DNA of 64,000 nt from positions 263,254 through 327,253 of the forward strand of contig JAAOMT010000630.1 of assembly GCA_016748015.1 (NCBI GenBank). Direction: 5' to 3'. The position numbers and the translations under genes are program-made. Below, one piece after another: positions 38,820 through 52,915 of this stretch; the first letter of the stretch is position 1, and each line of letters starts with the position of its first letter. The notes beneath the pieces are model-generated. The model was not told where the DNA came from. It saw nothing but the letters and a program-made list of their open reading frames with translations, and made no database searches. The stretch comes from Geosiphon pyriformis uo1. Its lineage: Eukaryota > Fungi > Glomeromycota.

Positions 38820-40442
38820 TTCCTAATAATACCCACTATTTATATGTTACAATTCATCCGCAATTCTGTAAACTTGAAACTCAAATTGATTAACAAGCTA
38901 AAATGAAGAAAATATCTTCGCAAAACATTGATTTGTTTAAAATTATAATTTCATTTACCGTATAATAAAAATTGATTTTATCATAAATTGTCTGAATTTT
39001 AATTTATTTTTAGGTAAAAGGGGTATTTTGGCGAAATTAATAAATTTGTTCAGGGTTGTGATAAAAATGCTCTACTTTCACGTGTCTTATTCTCTCACGC
39101 GAATTTATTTCGCTAACTTTGCCACAATTTACCTTATTTATCAAAGTGATTTTTTGATTAAAAATATTACCGAGTAAAGTGCTAAAGATAATTAAATTAA
39201 TTAACAAATTTTTGATCATTTGTAATTATATTATTTATTTTATTTATAATTATTGTTAGATTAATTCAATATTACTCAAAAAAATTATGATATTAAAAAA
39301 ACCATTTATATATAAATGATCATAGATTAAATAATTTAAGATTCGTTCATCAGACCATTACGCATTAATTTAAATAAACATTAAAATCTATTTGTAAATT
39401 TTTTTTCTTAATTAAATTTCAAATAATATTTTTAAAAAATATTTCCAAACAATATTTTCAAATTGTTAAATTATTTTTAAAATCAATGATTAATTATTTT
39501 ATTTCAAAAAAAAATTTTTTTTTATTTATATACTTTTAATAAATTATAATTAAAATTTGTAAAATAATTAGAAAAAAATTTTTTTTTTTTTAAAAAAAAC
39601 CCCATTAATTTGATTAAATTATTAAGAAATTATTTTTAAATCATTTAACTAATTGTTTAATCACGTAAAAAAATAATATTGCTTTCATTCATTCATTCAT
39701 TAATTATTATCATAATGCTTTCTAAAGAATAACTTTTAATAAAATGACCAATTTTTTTTTAATCAAAAATAGTTTTGATTAAAAAGAGACAGAATTTATA
39801 AAATTGCCAAAAGTTAATTATAATTTCAAAATTTAAACATTTAACATTCGAAAGAATTCGTTCAAGTTTAATGTAAACATTTTAATAAAAATTATTGTGT
39901 AGTTGATTAAAATTAATATATATTCATTTATATAAAACTCTGGGAGATTTTTTTTTTCTAAGTTATGAATGAGTTTACTAAATTTATATTTCAATCTCAC
40001 TTTTCATGAAACGTCAGTTGTCCTATTGTGATAGCATATTAAACATTAGAATAATTTTTTTCACCCAAAAAAAAAAAAAAACAGTATTCGCTCCTTCTTA
40101 AAAGAAAATTTTGTTGATTTACAAATTTTACATTTAGATGGCCTCGATTTGCCATTTTCATTTGTAACTACTCAGAGAATGGTTTACAAAGTTGTAAAAT
40201 CCCAAGTTTTCGCTTTTATCAAAAATTTCCCGGAACTACCTTTCGCTTGAATAGTATTTTCTCAAATATTCCGAAATGAGAGATCATATTTAATTATAAT
40301 TTAAGAATTTATTAGCGAATGAATCTTTGAGACACGATTTCCAATAAATCCATTTACCATCCTAAAATAATGATCCCAAAGATTAGATTTTTTTAAAAAA
40401 ACGGAACCAAATTTTTATAAAAAAAGTTAAAATACCTAGAGA

Positions 40443-41245
40443 TCAGACCAATAGTAATCCACGAGCAGCCTGAAATACAACCTCGGAATGTATCTTCACC
40501 CAAAGTAGTTCCAATTTATGCTTTTCTTCTTTCTCATGACAATAAAACATTTGTGCCTGAGTATTAATCCAGTTATCCCTTACAATCTCTAAATGTAGAC
40601 CAGAAGAACATTGCTCGAGATCGTCAGTATTAAATTCGGCTATCTTCATACTGTTTTGACGAAACTCGAATCGATAACGAATGATTGTTGCGGAATTACA
40701 ATCAAAGTTCAAAATGGAGTCTTGAAGGGTAACAGGTGTAAAAGTGAAGATGCCAGATGGAAAGCAATCGTGTAGATCTCCATTCAAATCGGTTTGAGGT
40801 TCGTAACCGAGTTTTATGTCGGGACCGGCGTGGATATTCTTGTTCTGAAATGCGACAGCATTGATTATTATTTAAATAAAGGAAATGAAAATTTGAAATT
40901 GGCAATCTTTGAAAAAAAAAATTGAAAAATTGAAATCAAACGAGAAATAAAATACCGGAGAACAAAGAGACCAAGTATTATCTCGAGATAGTACTTCTAA
41001 TATAGCTATTTGAATCAATTTTCGAAAACTTTTCGAAGTTCGTTGAAGAACACATAATTCTTTGTAATTTCTAAAAATAGAATTTTCATTTGCACAACAA
41101 TGGTCATTTTCAATGGTTTATATTAATGGATAAACCTTTCTAAGCGACTCACCACGTATAAAACTTTCCTTTCCCTTTTTAAGGAGTGTTTGAAAATTTC
41201 TAACCAGAGTTCATTTGGCAGGCTTGGAAATCCCGATAAGGACAT
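40443..41245 (-). CDS. F-box-like protein, lineage-specific (3 exons; 3' end uncertain)
   Basis: Spliced MSLSGFPSLPNELWLEIFKHSL...RNYKELCVLQRTSKSFRKLI joins ORF 40443-40787 in frame via GT-AG introns. Confidence 0.62.
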
Positions 41246-42039
41246 TTGAGGGAAGAGGGATAAGATAATATTTTAGAGGAAATTGGGTGATAGTAAAAAA
41301 GGTTGTATTTATAACGGCCAGGAGATGATCTTTGCGGTTGATGGAAGAAGAAGTACAGACAGAGGTCGGACTAAGAACTGGTTGAATTTTAATTGTGGAT
41401 TAGCCACACGTGGCTGCAGCTGGATGATCAAATGATTTGTTCAATCACGTTGTGACACACCCAGGAGCAAAGGAATGTTGTAGAAAAGCATCATAATTAC
41501 ACATGGATATACGTCATAAATGCGCTTTTAGGATTGGAACCATAAACCATTTTCATTTTTTTAAATGAATAGAGCTTTAAACTTTAAAAAGATTTTCATT
41601 CAAAAATATCCAGAAAGAAAGAATGAGTTCAAAAATTTGATTAATTCTGATTCTGATTCTGATTCTGATTATTATTTTCAAGATTAGAGAATATAATTTA
41701 AAAGCTAATAAGTTTAAGTTATCGATATGTACAATGATCGTTAAAAATTTGAAATGAAAATTTAAAATAAAATAAAATAAAATATTATTACCCTTTATTT
41801 ACAATTTAAAAAACTTTTTTCTTTCAAATCTTTTAATAAAATGACTAAATAAATTTTTTTATTTGTAATTTTACGTCATTCATATAGAAATTTCATCAAA
41901 TTATAAAAAATATTATTACAAAAAGATATTGAATTTTTTGAATTTTTTGTTTTTCTTTTTGTATTTGTTTACATGAATTATATTATTAAAATGATTTTTA
42001 ATCTTAACAAGCGGTAATCGGTTAAACAAATGGTTTTAA

Positions 42040-42070
<31 letters not shown>

Positions 42071-42820
42071 TAAATCAAATATAAATTTTTATGAGATTAG
42101 GAATAATTGCAATTAGTAATTAAAAATTAATGAATTTGAATAATTTCGCATAATCAGTTTTTTACCTTAATGAAATGAGTGAAAATATACGGGGGAATTA
42201 TATCCTCCAATATTCCAAAAAAGACTTCTTGTACTTGTTTTTTTTTCTTTATATGAGAAAAGCTTAATTTCTTTTACAGCCAAAACTGAAAATTCCTCAA
42301 TTTGCTTTTTTCTTTAAACATCATTTTTATATTCCCCTTGAAAACTTTATACAAGTATTTGTTATTGTTAACATTTAATCTTGTAAAGTTTTTTTTGAAC
42401 TTGAATCAAATATTTTCTAGAAATCCACGAAAACCATCTAATCTGAATAACTTGATTCAAATATCCCCAAGTGATTAATTGAAAAAAATGATTTTTATTG
42501 AATTTACTGAAAATCCTGTACAAATGCCCTGAACTAATGTTTGAAATCCTAACTAAAATATTTTCGCAGTTTTGGAATGTATTATAAATGTACGATTTAC
42601 CAAGAATGATTTGAAAATTTCAAGTTTCAATTGAAATTTTTTTTGATACATATTGTAATCGTGGATAATTTCTTTTACTTTCAAGATCCAAACGAACCGG
42701 TTGAAAAGAGTCCTGGGTATCTCGATCGATGGGATGTAAAAAAAAAATTTCAATAAATATAGATAAGCTTGCCTTCTTGAACTATCAACCGTTAAATCTT
42801 TGAAGGTATAGCGAATTAAT

Positions 42821-44098
42821 TTATTTTTCTTCGGTCACAGGATCACGAAAATCTGTCAGACCAGGAATTGAGATTCGAAATTGTTCTCCGTTAGAACAAT
42901 TATTGATGTCAATAGGAATATAGTGTTCTAAAGTTAAACCTTTTTCTGTTCCAACATCTTTTAATTTACCATTGACAGGGGAGGGTTCCGAAACATCGAC
43001 CTGTGAATGCCTTACCAGAAGGACAATAACAATACTGTCGACCATATTTACAGCTAAAATACATTTAAAAGATTAGACTTATGAAACCAAACGTTAAATT
43101 GTTGTTTTTTTTTTAAAAAAAAAAACGAGATAAAAATAATAAATATAATACTTACACCACTGCCCTGCAGCTAAAAAGAAGATCAAAGCCCTAATTAATG
43201 GATCATCCAACTTCTCATTTCTCAAATTCAAAATCACCATAGGAATTCCAAGTGTAATTGCGCTCAAGATTCTACTTTTGTTATCCTTCAAGAACTTTTT
43301 GAAAACTGGCGAGGTCAAACTATTTCGCTGCCGAGATTCCACACGTAAATTTAGAAGAATGATGAAGAGGCATGAGAGATAGAATAAGATTGTAAGACCA
43401 TTTGAAATTAGGAATAAGATTTGGTTTCGGAATTCGTTAAAAAGTTCGATTTGCCAATCAGTATCAGTCCTTTTCCAGGTTTGACCCCAGAATCTAGAAA
43501 AATATTTTATGTAAAATTCCGAGAAGTAGTTGGAAAATTCAAGTTTGAGAAATACTTACGTCGAAAGAATGGCTAAAGTGAATGAACCAAGAATCATCAA
43601 CAGCAACAATAAACGGATAATGTATTTTATTGCCTTATCTTTACAGGGAATCAAGGTTTGAGTTCTTGTAAAGATGTAAAGCAATGATAACATGGCTGCG
43701 ACCAAATAAAATCCAATGGATATTTCTCGTAGTATAGGACTCCAAATCAAATCATTGACCAAACCACAATAGCTTAATTGAAATGAGTTGATAAGGAATA
43801 AAATCCCACCAGTTGAGTAAGCTGTGCCAGCTAGAATATTTATCATTACGATTCTTTCCAAAACAAAATGAAGAATGTGAAAAATTCATATTTTTTGGCA
43901 TTAAATTACATCAATTAAAAAAATGGGTTTAAAATACCTGTTAATTTTTCCTAACGAAAGCAACAAAGTAAAGCTCACGATTGTAACAAGACCAATCGAG
44001 AATGGTGGTATTGCTTCGAGAACCACGTACATTTGTGTTTTAATAACATCAACGGTTTTTTCCTCAGTCAAAACACCGCACGAGTTGGTTTGGCTCAT
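42821..44098 (-). CDS. Orphan 7TM (GPCR-like) membrane protein, paralog A, 4 exons
   Basis: ORFs 43901-44098, 43556-43861, 43094-43342 and 42821-43045 splice in frame. Seven hydrophobic segments. Shares intron positions and motifs with the genes at 51.5 and 55.4 kb. Confidence 0.75.
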
Positions 44099-44116
44099 TA
44101 TGATTAATGAAGATTA

Positions 44117-44335
44117 TGGTGGGTGGTGAGTGGTGTTGGTGGTGGTAGTGGTGGATGGTGAGTGGTGGTGAGTGGTGGTGAGTGGTGGTGAGTGGTGGTG
44201 AGTGGTGGTGAGTGGTGGTGGTGGTGGTGGTGGATGATGATGATTACGATGATAATGATAATGATGATGGTGATGATGATGGTGATGATGATGATGTTGT
44301 TAATAATAACAACAATAATAATAATAATGATGAAG
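44117..44335. repeat. Compound repeat: (GAGTGGTGGT)n, (GAT)n and (AAT)n immediately upstream of 7TM paralog A
   Basis: Direct reading. Produces spurious poly-His/Ile and poly-Trp/Met ORFs. Confidence 0.9.
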
Positions 44336-45035
44336 GTAATGCCCAAAGACCAAAATTGTAGGAAAGTTAAATGCGAGAAAAATTTATAATAATAAAAATC
44401 ATTCAAGTATGAATCTTTTATAAGAAGCATCGATAAAAGAATATCTTTAACGCCAAACATGTTTGTCAAATATTTACAAATCCATATAAATTAGTGTTTA
44501 TTTAAAAATCTGTGGGATATAATTAATGTCGGTAATAGTTAAATTTTAATTCGGATGTTGATAAAGATATTATAAATTTTGGTAAATATTTTTATTACTA
44601 TTTGATATCCGTGAAGCTTTTGGTGAATAATCTTGGATCAACAATAAGTCTCATCTTTTCTTCGTATACAATGTATAAAGGACTCATTTAAGTTCATGAC
44701 ACGAGGTAAAAATTTCGAATTTCTCTAAACATTATGATAAAAAATTATTGGTAATTCACAAGAGAAACAAACAAATTTATTTCGAAACAAAAAGAAAAGT
44801 ATTGTTACACAAAATATTTTTCTCTTTTGTAGGCTTCACCCATTGAAGATTTAAAAATCAGAGTAAACAAAAATTCTAACGTATAATTTTTTTTATCAAA
44901 GTGATTTACGAATTACAAAATGATTGTGTGTACAATGAACAATGACGAAAAGCTTTAATTATGTGATTACTTTTTTAATAATTGTTTTAATCAAGCTATT
45001 TATTAAAATACAAAAAACTCGGTTTTGAATTCTCC

Positions 45036-45072
<37 letters not shown>

Positions 45073-45427
45073 TATCATCATCATCTGTTACTGTTTACAG
45101 AAAACGGATATGAAATTACCAGTTTTGGAATATTTTTTTCTTGTATATCGAAAAAAAAAAAACCGAAATATCCGATCTTTAATGGTGATTATCTATATGA
45201 TGATCTAAAAATAGATGATATTTTTAGAAAACCAATCACACACACATACACATATACATACAACAAAATAGTTTCAAAATTATCTTTTTTTTTAATGAAA
45301 AGAGATCTTTCAGTGTTATTCCTAGAAAAAGATCTCTAAAAAAAATTTGAACAATCGACTTTTATATGGAATTATATCCTCATTAATTTTGGATGATTTA
45401 TTTGTTTTAAAATTATAACGAATTTTG

Positions 45428-45460
<33 letters not shown>

Positions 45461-45652
45461 GAGTGCAGCCCAACCGCTACCACCTATTACAATACAATCA
45501 CGAAAGATTTCAAAATAAGCGTGGTTCATGCTTTTTCTACACATGACCAGCCATGTATTTTGTTTTTAATAACAAAAAGGATTTAAACATAGGAAAATCA
45601 ATTTAAAATTTGAAAATCTTTGAATAAAAATTTTTAATAAAATTTATGTTTA

Positions 45653-45683
<31 letters not shown>

Positions 45684-47346
45684 TTCATTTAATTCAATTC
45701 AATCTTAGATTTTAATTAGAAAAAGTAATTATTTTTATTTGTTATTAAATAAATTTTGTGATAAAGAAATTATTCAAGTTATTTAAATTGTACAATAATA
45801 AATTTTTTTAATCTTATTAATTTTGATTTTATTCAAAAAAAAATAAAAAAATAAGTGTTTAATTTCAATCTTTATTAATTCTGACAAATAACTTATTAAT
45901 ATATATACAACTTTTTTGGGAACATTATTTTTTTGGAATGAACATTAGGAACAATATTAAAATTTGATAAAGTAAAAAGACTATAAGTTCAAGAATTGAT
46001 TGGATAGTTGTTGTAGCATAATCTTTTGTAATTAATGATCATATTTCTTATTACTCGATAATTAAATTTCGATATCCGAATAAAGGTTTTGATTTTTGAT
46101 TTTATGTTTTCTATCTATCTCAAGACAATGAAATGAAATTCTAGAAAAGAATTATGCACATTTATTTATTTTCCAATTTCTATATCCAGATTGTAGATTA
46201 CCAAGTACTTATAAATTTAATTCACGTTATCTCATCAATAACATCAATAACATCAATATTTGAAATTTAATTATTTCAATTACCACAATTTTTATATTCT
46301 CAAAATTTGAAGTAATCATAATTTCTCTTTGAAAATGCTAATTACAATCAATTATCAATAATTGAAATTTTATTTTAACCAAATAATTTTTAACTTTAAT
46401 TAAATATTATTATAATTATCGAATTTTGAAATATATAAGTGATAATTTTATTAAAAATACTTTGAAATGTATAATTCAATGTTAAAAACTTGACAAAAGC
46501 AAAAAATATTACCCAAAAGTTTGAGAATATTATATGACAAAATTTTTCTAAAATTTGGTTATTAAAATTCATTTTTTTCTTTAAAAAAATAAGATTCCAA
46601 TTCTACTTAAAATTTTATTAAAATATTAAATATATGTAAATATAATCTATTATATCATCCAATTGCTACCAAAAAAATAAAAAACTTTATCATATCAATA
46701 CATTTTTTTTATAATTTTTTATAATTAAAAAAAATTATAAAGAGTCGAGTAATATTGATTAAATAAAACTTGAAAAGCTTTTAACTTTATTTAAAAAAAC
46801 GAAATAAAAAACAAAAGAACTTTATAACACATAAATTCTCTTAACCAAATTTGTTTTTAACTTTTTTGATCCTTGCAAAAAAACTAATAGGGTTTAAAGG
46901 TTATTTAGTCTATATTTTTTGGTTCATTCTAAAGTCCCTTCATAAAAAGGGAATTTTAAATTTTCATCAAAATCAACCCAAAACTTTCTAATATCAATAG
47001 GGATATCAGCATCAGCCAAAAAGTTTAAAACATTATATGACTTCTTAATTTTAGATTTAAATTGTAAATGAAATTAAATTCAATTAAAACATGAAAATAT
47101 TTTTCGCCCCAAATGAATTAATTTCCAAGTATTTTTAGTTTATTTCGATATTTTAAAATATTTTCTCTTTCGAAAAATATTTAGCCAAAGAGTTTTGATA
47201 AAATGCAAAGCTGGTTAAGAGTGAGAAATTTTTATTCTTCTTGAATATTCTAAAATATTAAATAATTTTGTTTAAAAATTCTCCAACAAATTGAGTGGAA
47301 ATACCGACAAAAGATTTTAGGATTACATAAATTTTTTTCAAATCCT

Positions 47347-47425
47347 CTCTCTTCTTCTTCTTCTTCTTCTTCTTCTTCTTCTTCTTCTCCTCCTCCTTCT
47401 CCTCCTCCTTCTCCTCCTCCTTCTT
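47347..47425. repeat. (CTT)n/(CTC)n polypyrimidine microsatellite
   Basis: Direct reading. Confidence 0.9.
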
Positions 47426-48653
47426 TCTCTCTTCCCTTCCCTCTAAATTTTTTATCATTTTTTCATGTCATAATAAAAACCATGACATTTGGTCAGAATA
47501 TTTTTTCTTTAAAACAATCGAAATCCCTCGATCTGAATCATGACCAAATTTAGTAATCATATTTTACAAAAGTGATTACAATAATCAGTATCCTTAACCA
47601 CGTTTTCCCAAAATCTTGAAAATCTCTACATCAAAAATGTACAAAGTTTATCCACGATTAAATATCAAAACAACCATAACAACAACAACAACAACAACAA
47701 GAACAACAACAACAACAACAAAAACAAAAACAATCATTGAACCTGCAAAACCCTTTCATCATTTCTAAAATATAAAAGTCTTTTACAAATAGCCCGATGA
47801 CGCAAATGAATTAAACCGTGTACTTTTAAAATGGGACAAATCAATGATCGTAACAATTACATCACCTCCGAAAACACACATACATTGCTCAACGATCTTG
47901 ATTTCAATTTGTCAAAACTTTTTGAGGTCCTCGAGAGACTGTTGTTGGAAATTACACGACAAATGTACCGACTGACTCGCGTGGACAAAGTTTCTAAAAT
48001 TATTATCATGATGATGATCATTTGGGAAAAATTATTCAAATGTTTATCAAACTTCCATCTGGGGTCAATCCAATCTCAGCTCGTCATCTACTGGTTACTC
48101 TCTCAACAGGGAAATTTTTAAACTAAAAAAAAACATGATATAAAAAAGGTCTGCCTAGGGCTGAATATCTCTTAATGTAAAAACAGTTTGCAGCTGTAAT
48201 TTAAGCCTCTTTATTCCTAATCCTACCTCTTTAATCAAAAAATAAATCAATTCCAATATTTATTTTTTCGGATGGCTGAATCTCGGCATTCAAATTAAAA
48301 AAGTTTGTTTAAATGATTTTATGCTAAATTTTCTTTTTTACCTTTTCACCAATAAATTATAAAGCAAAAATTATATTTTTTCTAGTAGATTCTCTTGATA
48401 TTCTGTGATTGCTATTCGAGGTCTAATAAATGTTTCGTATGTTCACGAAACAACAATTGAGAGCTTGTATTTTTTTTTATTTGCCGACAGTCACCGAAAA
48501 TTTGCCTAATCCCGTATTCAGAGTAATATTGTAAAAATTTATTTTTTTTGATTTTTATGATGCCATTAAATTTATGCTTTTTAGATTCTGGTTAATTGTA
48601 TTTGCCCTCACTTCGAAAAAGTTTTTTGCATCTCTTGACTAAAGATCATCGAA

Positions 48654-49121
48654 ATGCACTCTACTAGAACCGATCAAAATCCTTGTGATCAATTTTATTC
48701 CTATCAATTGTACGACCACCATCATATTAATAAAGAAATGACTCATATTACCCAAAACGAAGCAGCAGCAACAGACTGGGCATCTAATACCCTGCTGCAA
48801 ATATTTCCATCACGAGAAATTTACAGGAAAAATTTAACGACAAAAGTACGATTGGATAAAATTTGGAATTCAATAATTCCTAACAATAGTCGGAAAGACG
48901 TAGAACAGCAAAGATTCGAAAATCAGAGTAATATCCCCATTGAAAAATCTGGAATTTTAACCTATTCTTCAACAGATTCTGATAGTTCTGATAGTACCAT
49001 TGATACTCCAAATTCTTGGTCTTTACAATTTAATGGAACCTTTGAAGATTGGAATGAGGATAATTTCGAAATTCCATTATTCGATTTTCAGATTTATAAT
49101 AATGCTACAACTACAACAACG

Positions 49122-49156
<35 letters not shown>

Positions 49157-49934
49157 CAACGCCACCGCCACTGGCAAAACCAAGGAGTCGATAAGACATA
49201 ATTGGAATATAAAAAACAAGAAATCAATTTCCCTTATGCAACAAAATCCCACTCCAGACTCAAATTTGAATGACATAACTCCAATGACCAAAATTCAGCC
49301 TGCGCATTTATCAGACTACTCAATTGATACCGATTCATTGAACTTGTCACCTAAAAATAGGACTTCATTTTCCTCCTCAATAACCTCATCAACTATTGGC
49401 CTATTATCTAATGGCTTCTCATCAACCACAACCCTTAATTCATCACCTCAACAAGCCACACTAAATATAGACCGTCTAGCAGCCCTTCGTATCATCAAAC
49501 CTTCTCATCCTTACATTCGACAAAATCGATACCCACAACATAACCTTATAGCCTGTTCAAAGATTGAGGAAGAATTAAAACTCGATGATTTTTCGGAATC
49601 TCACCGGCTAGAAGCCATTGACTTTATTTATGACGATTCTGTCCTATTTGATAGCTCAAATAATGAAAAAGCACGTGCTTACCCTAATGCTCCTTTTCAA
49701 GATGAAGAATTAAAAAATTTGATTGCTGGAAAGTGGTTATTCTTTGCCGGATTCTTTTTTTTTCCATTATGGTTTATTGGTGCAATGTATAAAAAGCCAG
49801 GAGCTACACCATCAGATTTCATATGGAGACGAAGAAGTCGGAAAGCTGGCTTATTTTTTGTGATTGCAATAGGATTAATCGCTCTAGGGTTTGTTATTAT
49901 GAATCCGGATTATTTTGGAAAGAGGGGCAAATAG
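48654..49934 (+). CDS. Uncharacterised protein: long low-complexity N-terminus plus C-terminal two-helix membrane domain
   Basis: Intronless 426-aa ORF with poly-Thr. C-terminus GKWLFFAGFFFFPLWFIGA...WRRRSRKAGLFFVIAIGLIALGFVI resembles a widespread fungal LFxxGFxFxPxWxxGA tail module. Confidence 0.7.
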
Positions 49935-49991
49935 GATGAGTAAATAATTAAATTGGCGAGTGTGGGAATGGACATTGAAATTAACCAATTT

Positions 49992-50029
<38 letters not shown>

Positions 50030-50644
50030 CGAAAATTACTATTTCGAATTGGGATTTGAGTGTAAATGATCATCAATAATAGATGACAAATTCTAAAGAC
50101 AATTTATTCAAAATGAAATAATACCGATGATTTGTTTTTTTTTTTTGGAAATTATATTTTAGAAAATACATTATGAAAGTTATATATATTATTCAAAAAT
50201 CTTTAAATTAATTTGTAAAATACAAAAAATAAACGTATGTTTGGTTGAAATCGAGAAATGGCTAAAACGGACCGTTATTGTATTATTTTAGCAAAACAAG
50301 AACTTTTTAACAAAATATCAACTTGTGAATGCTTTATTTAGCATAATGAATATGAATTCTGAAAATGTCATTTGAAAATATTCGAAAATACAATGGATTT
50401 TTTTTTATCCTCAGTTTAGATATAATTTATTTTAAAGAAATATATTGTAAAGAGTTTTTAGAATATAATAATTTTTTAAAAAAAAATCTTTTTTTTTGGG
50501 TTAAAATATTACAATATATACTTTTAAAAATTGTATAATATATAATACCGGGTACAAAATTAAAAAATTAAGTTATTGTTTTCATTTTTTTTTTTGATTA
50601 TAAGAAGAAAAAAGAATTTCTAAAAACTAAAAAAAAAAAAAAAA

Positions 50645-50707
50645 NNNNNNNNNNNNNNNNNNNNNNNNNNNNNNNNNNNNNNNNNNNNNNNNNNNNNNNN
50701 NNNNNNN
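50645..50707. other. Assembly gap (N run)
   Basis: Run of n characters. Confidence 1.
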
Positions 50708-51516
50708 TCAAAACGGAAAATATTTTTAAATATAAAATATTATTGCATAATCGCTTTCTTTTCAAACCTTAAATTTTAAACACTTTTTCTTTTTCTTTTT
50801 CTTACTTTATGATAGATTATTACAAATTGTAAAATATCTTTTATTTAATTGGTTCGATTTCTCATAGTAGTACTAATGTTATCACACATGAATGGTGTAA
50901 CAAATTTTATCTTAATTTGATTAAATTCTTGGAAAAAATATAGTTTTATTTTATTTTATTTTTAAAGAAAAAAAGTATTAATTCGAAATTTTTTTTTTAA
51001 TTTAAACTCTCGTTTCTAAATAAATAATTCTTACAGTTTTTTTCACTGTTAACTCTTTGTGTGAGTTAAATTTAAATTTGATTGCTAATCTTCTGAGTTA
51101 CCCTTTTGATTAAATCTATTGAAAAAGTACTGATAACAAAATTGGTGAAAATTTTCTCTTCCTTTTTTGGTTCATAGTGTCACTATGTCAAACAAAATTG
51201 AAGAGATAAAGAAAGTCCACATGATTTTTAAAAGTTAAAAATTAAAATCAACCGATAACGTTGAAGATTTTTTTCAAAGCTTGTAATATCAATACAAGAT
51301 GTTCATTATGGATATAAAAGTCCTTCATTGAGGAGATACTTTTTCTCATATTCTTCAAAACCATTTACCCTTAACGATCTTTGGTTCTTGTGAAAATTTT
51401 GACTCTTTCTTTCTTTCCTTCCTTCTTTCTTCCTCCTTTTACCCTCCCTTCTCTATTCTTCAATCTCAATCTTAAGCTCTTGGTTATAATTACCTGACTT
51501 TTTAAACAAACCAAAA

Positions 51517-52147
51517 ATGAATTCAACAGCCTCTGACGCCCCTTTAAACGCGACTTCAGCAGGAAATATTACCGCGCTATTACCTCCTGATATTTTTACG
51601 AATCCATGTGGATTTTTACCACCAGATGTTATTGTTTTAATGGTTAGAATTAGGATGTACGGTGTCCTGCAGACAGCTACACCGTTAGCAATGGGATTAG
51701 TGTCATTGGTCAGTCTGCTTTTGTTAGCTTCGTTGAATCGATTGAATAGGTAATAAAAAAAAACATCTATATTATTCACAATAATTGTCGATTAGACTCT
51801 TACATTTTTTTGATTTTAAAATTTTTTTCAGATATACAATCCTAAATATCGTCACTGGCTTTATTTACATGTTTGGCGCTATATTTGCCATAACCAATTT
51901 AATCCAATTTGATTTCTGTGCTCTGACTCAATTATCAATGTGGAGCGCTTTCACGTATTGTTTATCCTTCGCTCTTTATAACATTGGTGGATTCTTGATT
52001 ATGGCCTATATTTATTTACAAGTCATTAACAAAATGGCCATCGAAAATGTGGTAGCGTCGAATTCCGCTCGAATTGTTTTATTGATTTTGATTTTCTTAA
52101 CTCAATTGTTGACTTGGCTTGCAAGGTAAATCACTAATCCTTTTTCT

Positions 52148-52211
<64 letters not shown>

Positions 52212-52915
52212 CTTGATGGTACACTAACAATCTACTTATCATAAAATGATGCACACAGTTATGTTGGATTGAAATTCTCCAAAACTCCAACAAACTATTG
52301 GAAAGTTGCTCAAACCCAGAAAGACCTCAACACAAACCTTCTTCTATCTTCACAAATCGTCTCAATTGTATTCTACACCGTGACATCTGGACTTGTCGTT
52401 AGAGGATTACACAAAAACTCAAAAGATTTCACAGGAACAACAAATGAATTTATGAAGTTGATTTTCAAGAATAGCGAAGGTCGGCTCTTGATTTCGTTCC
52501 TATTTGGCATTATAAATGCAATATTGGGATTCGCAAACACCCACACCAAGAGTTACAGTATTATTGGGCTGATATTAATATTAACTGGTCTCCAATGGGG
52601 TAAGTGACGTTCAATTTCTTAATTAGTGTTTGATCCCCCCCCCCTCACGAACTTTGTGAAATCGCAATTACTAATAGTTCTAATTTTTTCCCAATCTTTA
52701 CAATAGGTATAAACATGACCGATAGCATCATAGTAGTCGTGAAAGGTTCTTCAATGGATAAAACTAATCCTAAACAAATATCGGGCATGGTTATAAACCG
52801 AGAAACGAATAGAACCAGCGTGATTAACACCTCCTCTGGAACTCTTAGCGATAATACTGCTAATGAGAAAAGTGGAGCCATGGTGGAACACATGAGTATT
52901 GATTTAAGCAGTTGA
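51517..52915 (+). CDS. Orphan 7TM (GPCR-like) membrane protein, paralog B, 4 exons
   Basis: N-terminus has three N-glycosylation sequons (NST, NAT, NIT) and no signal peptide. Seven hydrophobic segments, TM7 motif QWGINMTDS and a Ser/Thr-rich C-tail. Confidence 0.78.

Larger units (their letters stand above)
37511..38850 (+). mobile_element. Decayed IS607-like element: TnpA serine recombinase remnant plus Fanzor2/TnpB relic (ends approximate)
   Basis: GC-richer island in AT-rich intergenic DNA. Recombinase and nuclease motifs are on the same strand in the canonical IS607 order. Confidence 0.8.

Noticed and set aside
44150-44215. Regular 10-bp repeats as a CRISPR-like or telomeric array
   Set aside because: No unique spacers and not TTAGGG. 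It is a simple minisatellite in a eukaryote.
44104-45339. Poly-His/Ile and poly-Trp/Met ORFs (44104-44469, 44192-44389, 45025-45339)
   Set aside because: Translations of microsatellites, with no coding signal.
47831-48121. 96-aa ORF upstream of the 48654 gene
   Set aside because: No motif, paralog or splice support. Likely a chance ORF.
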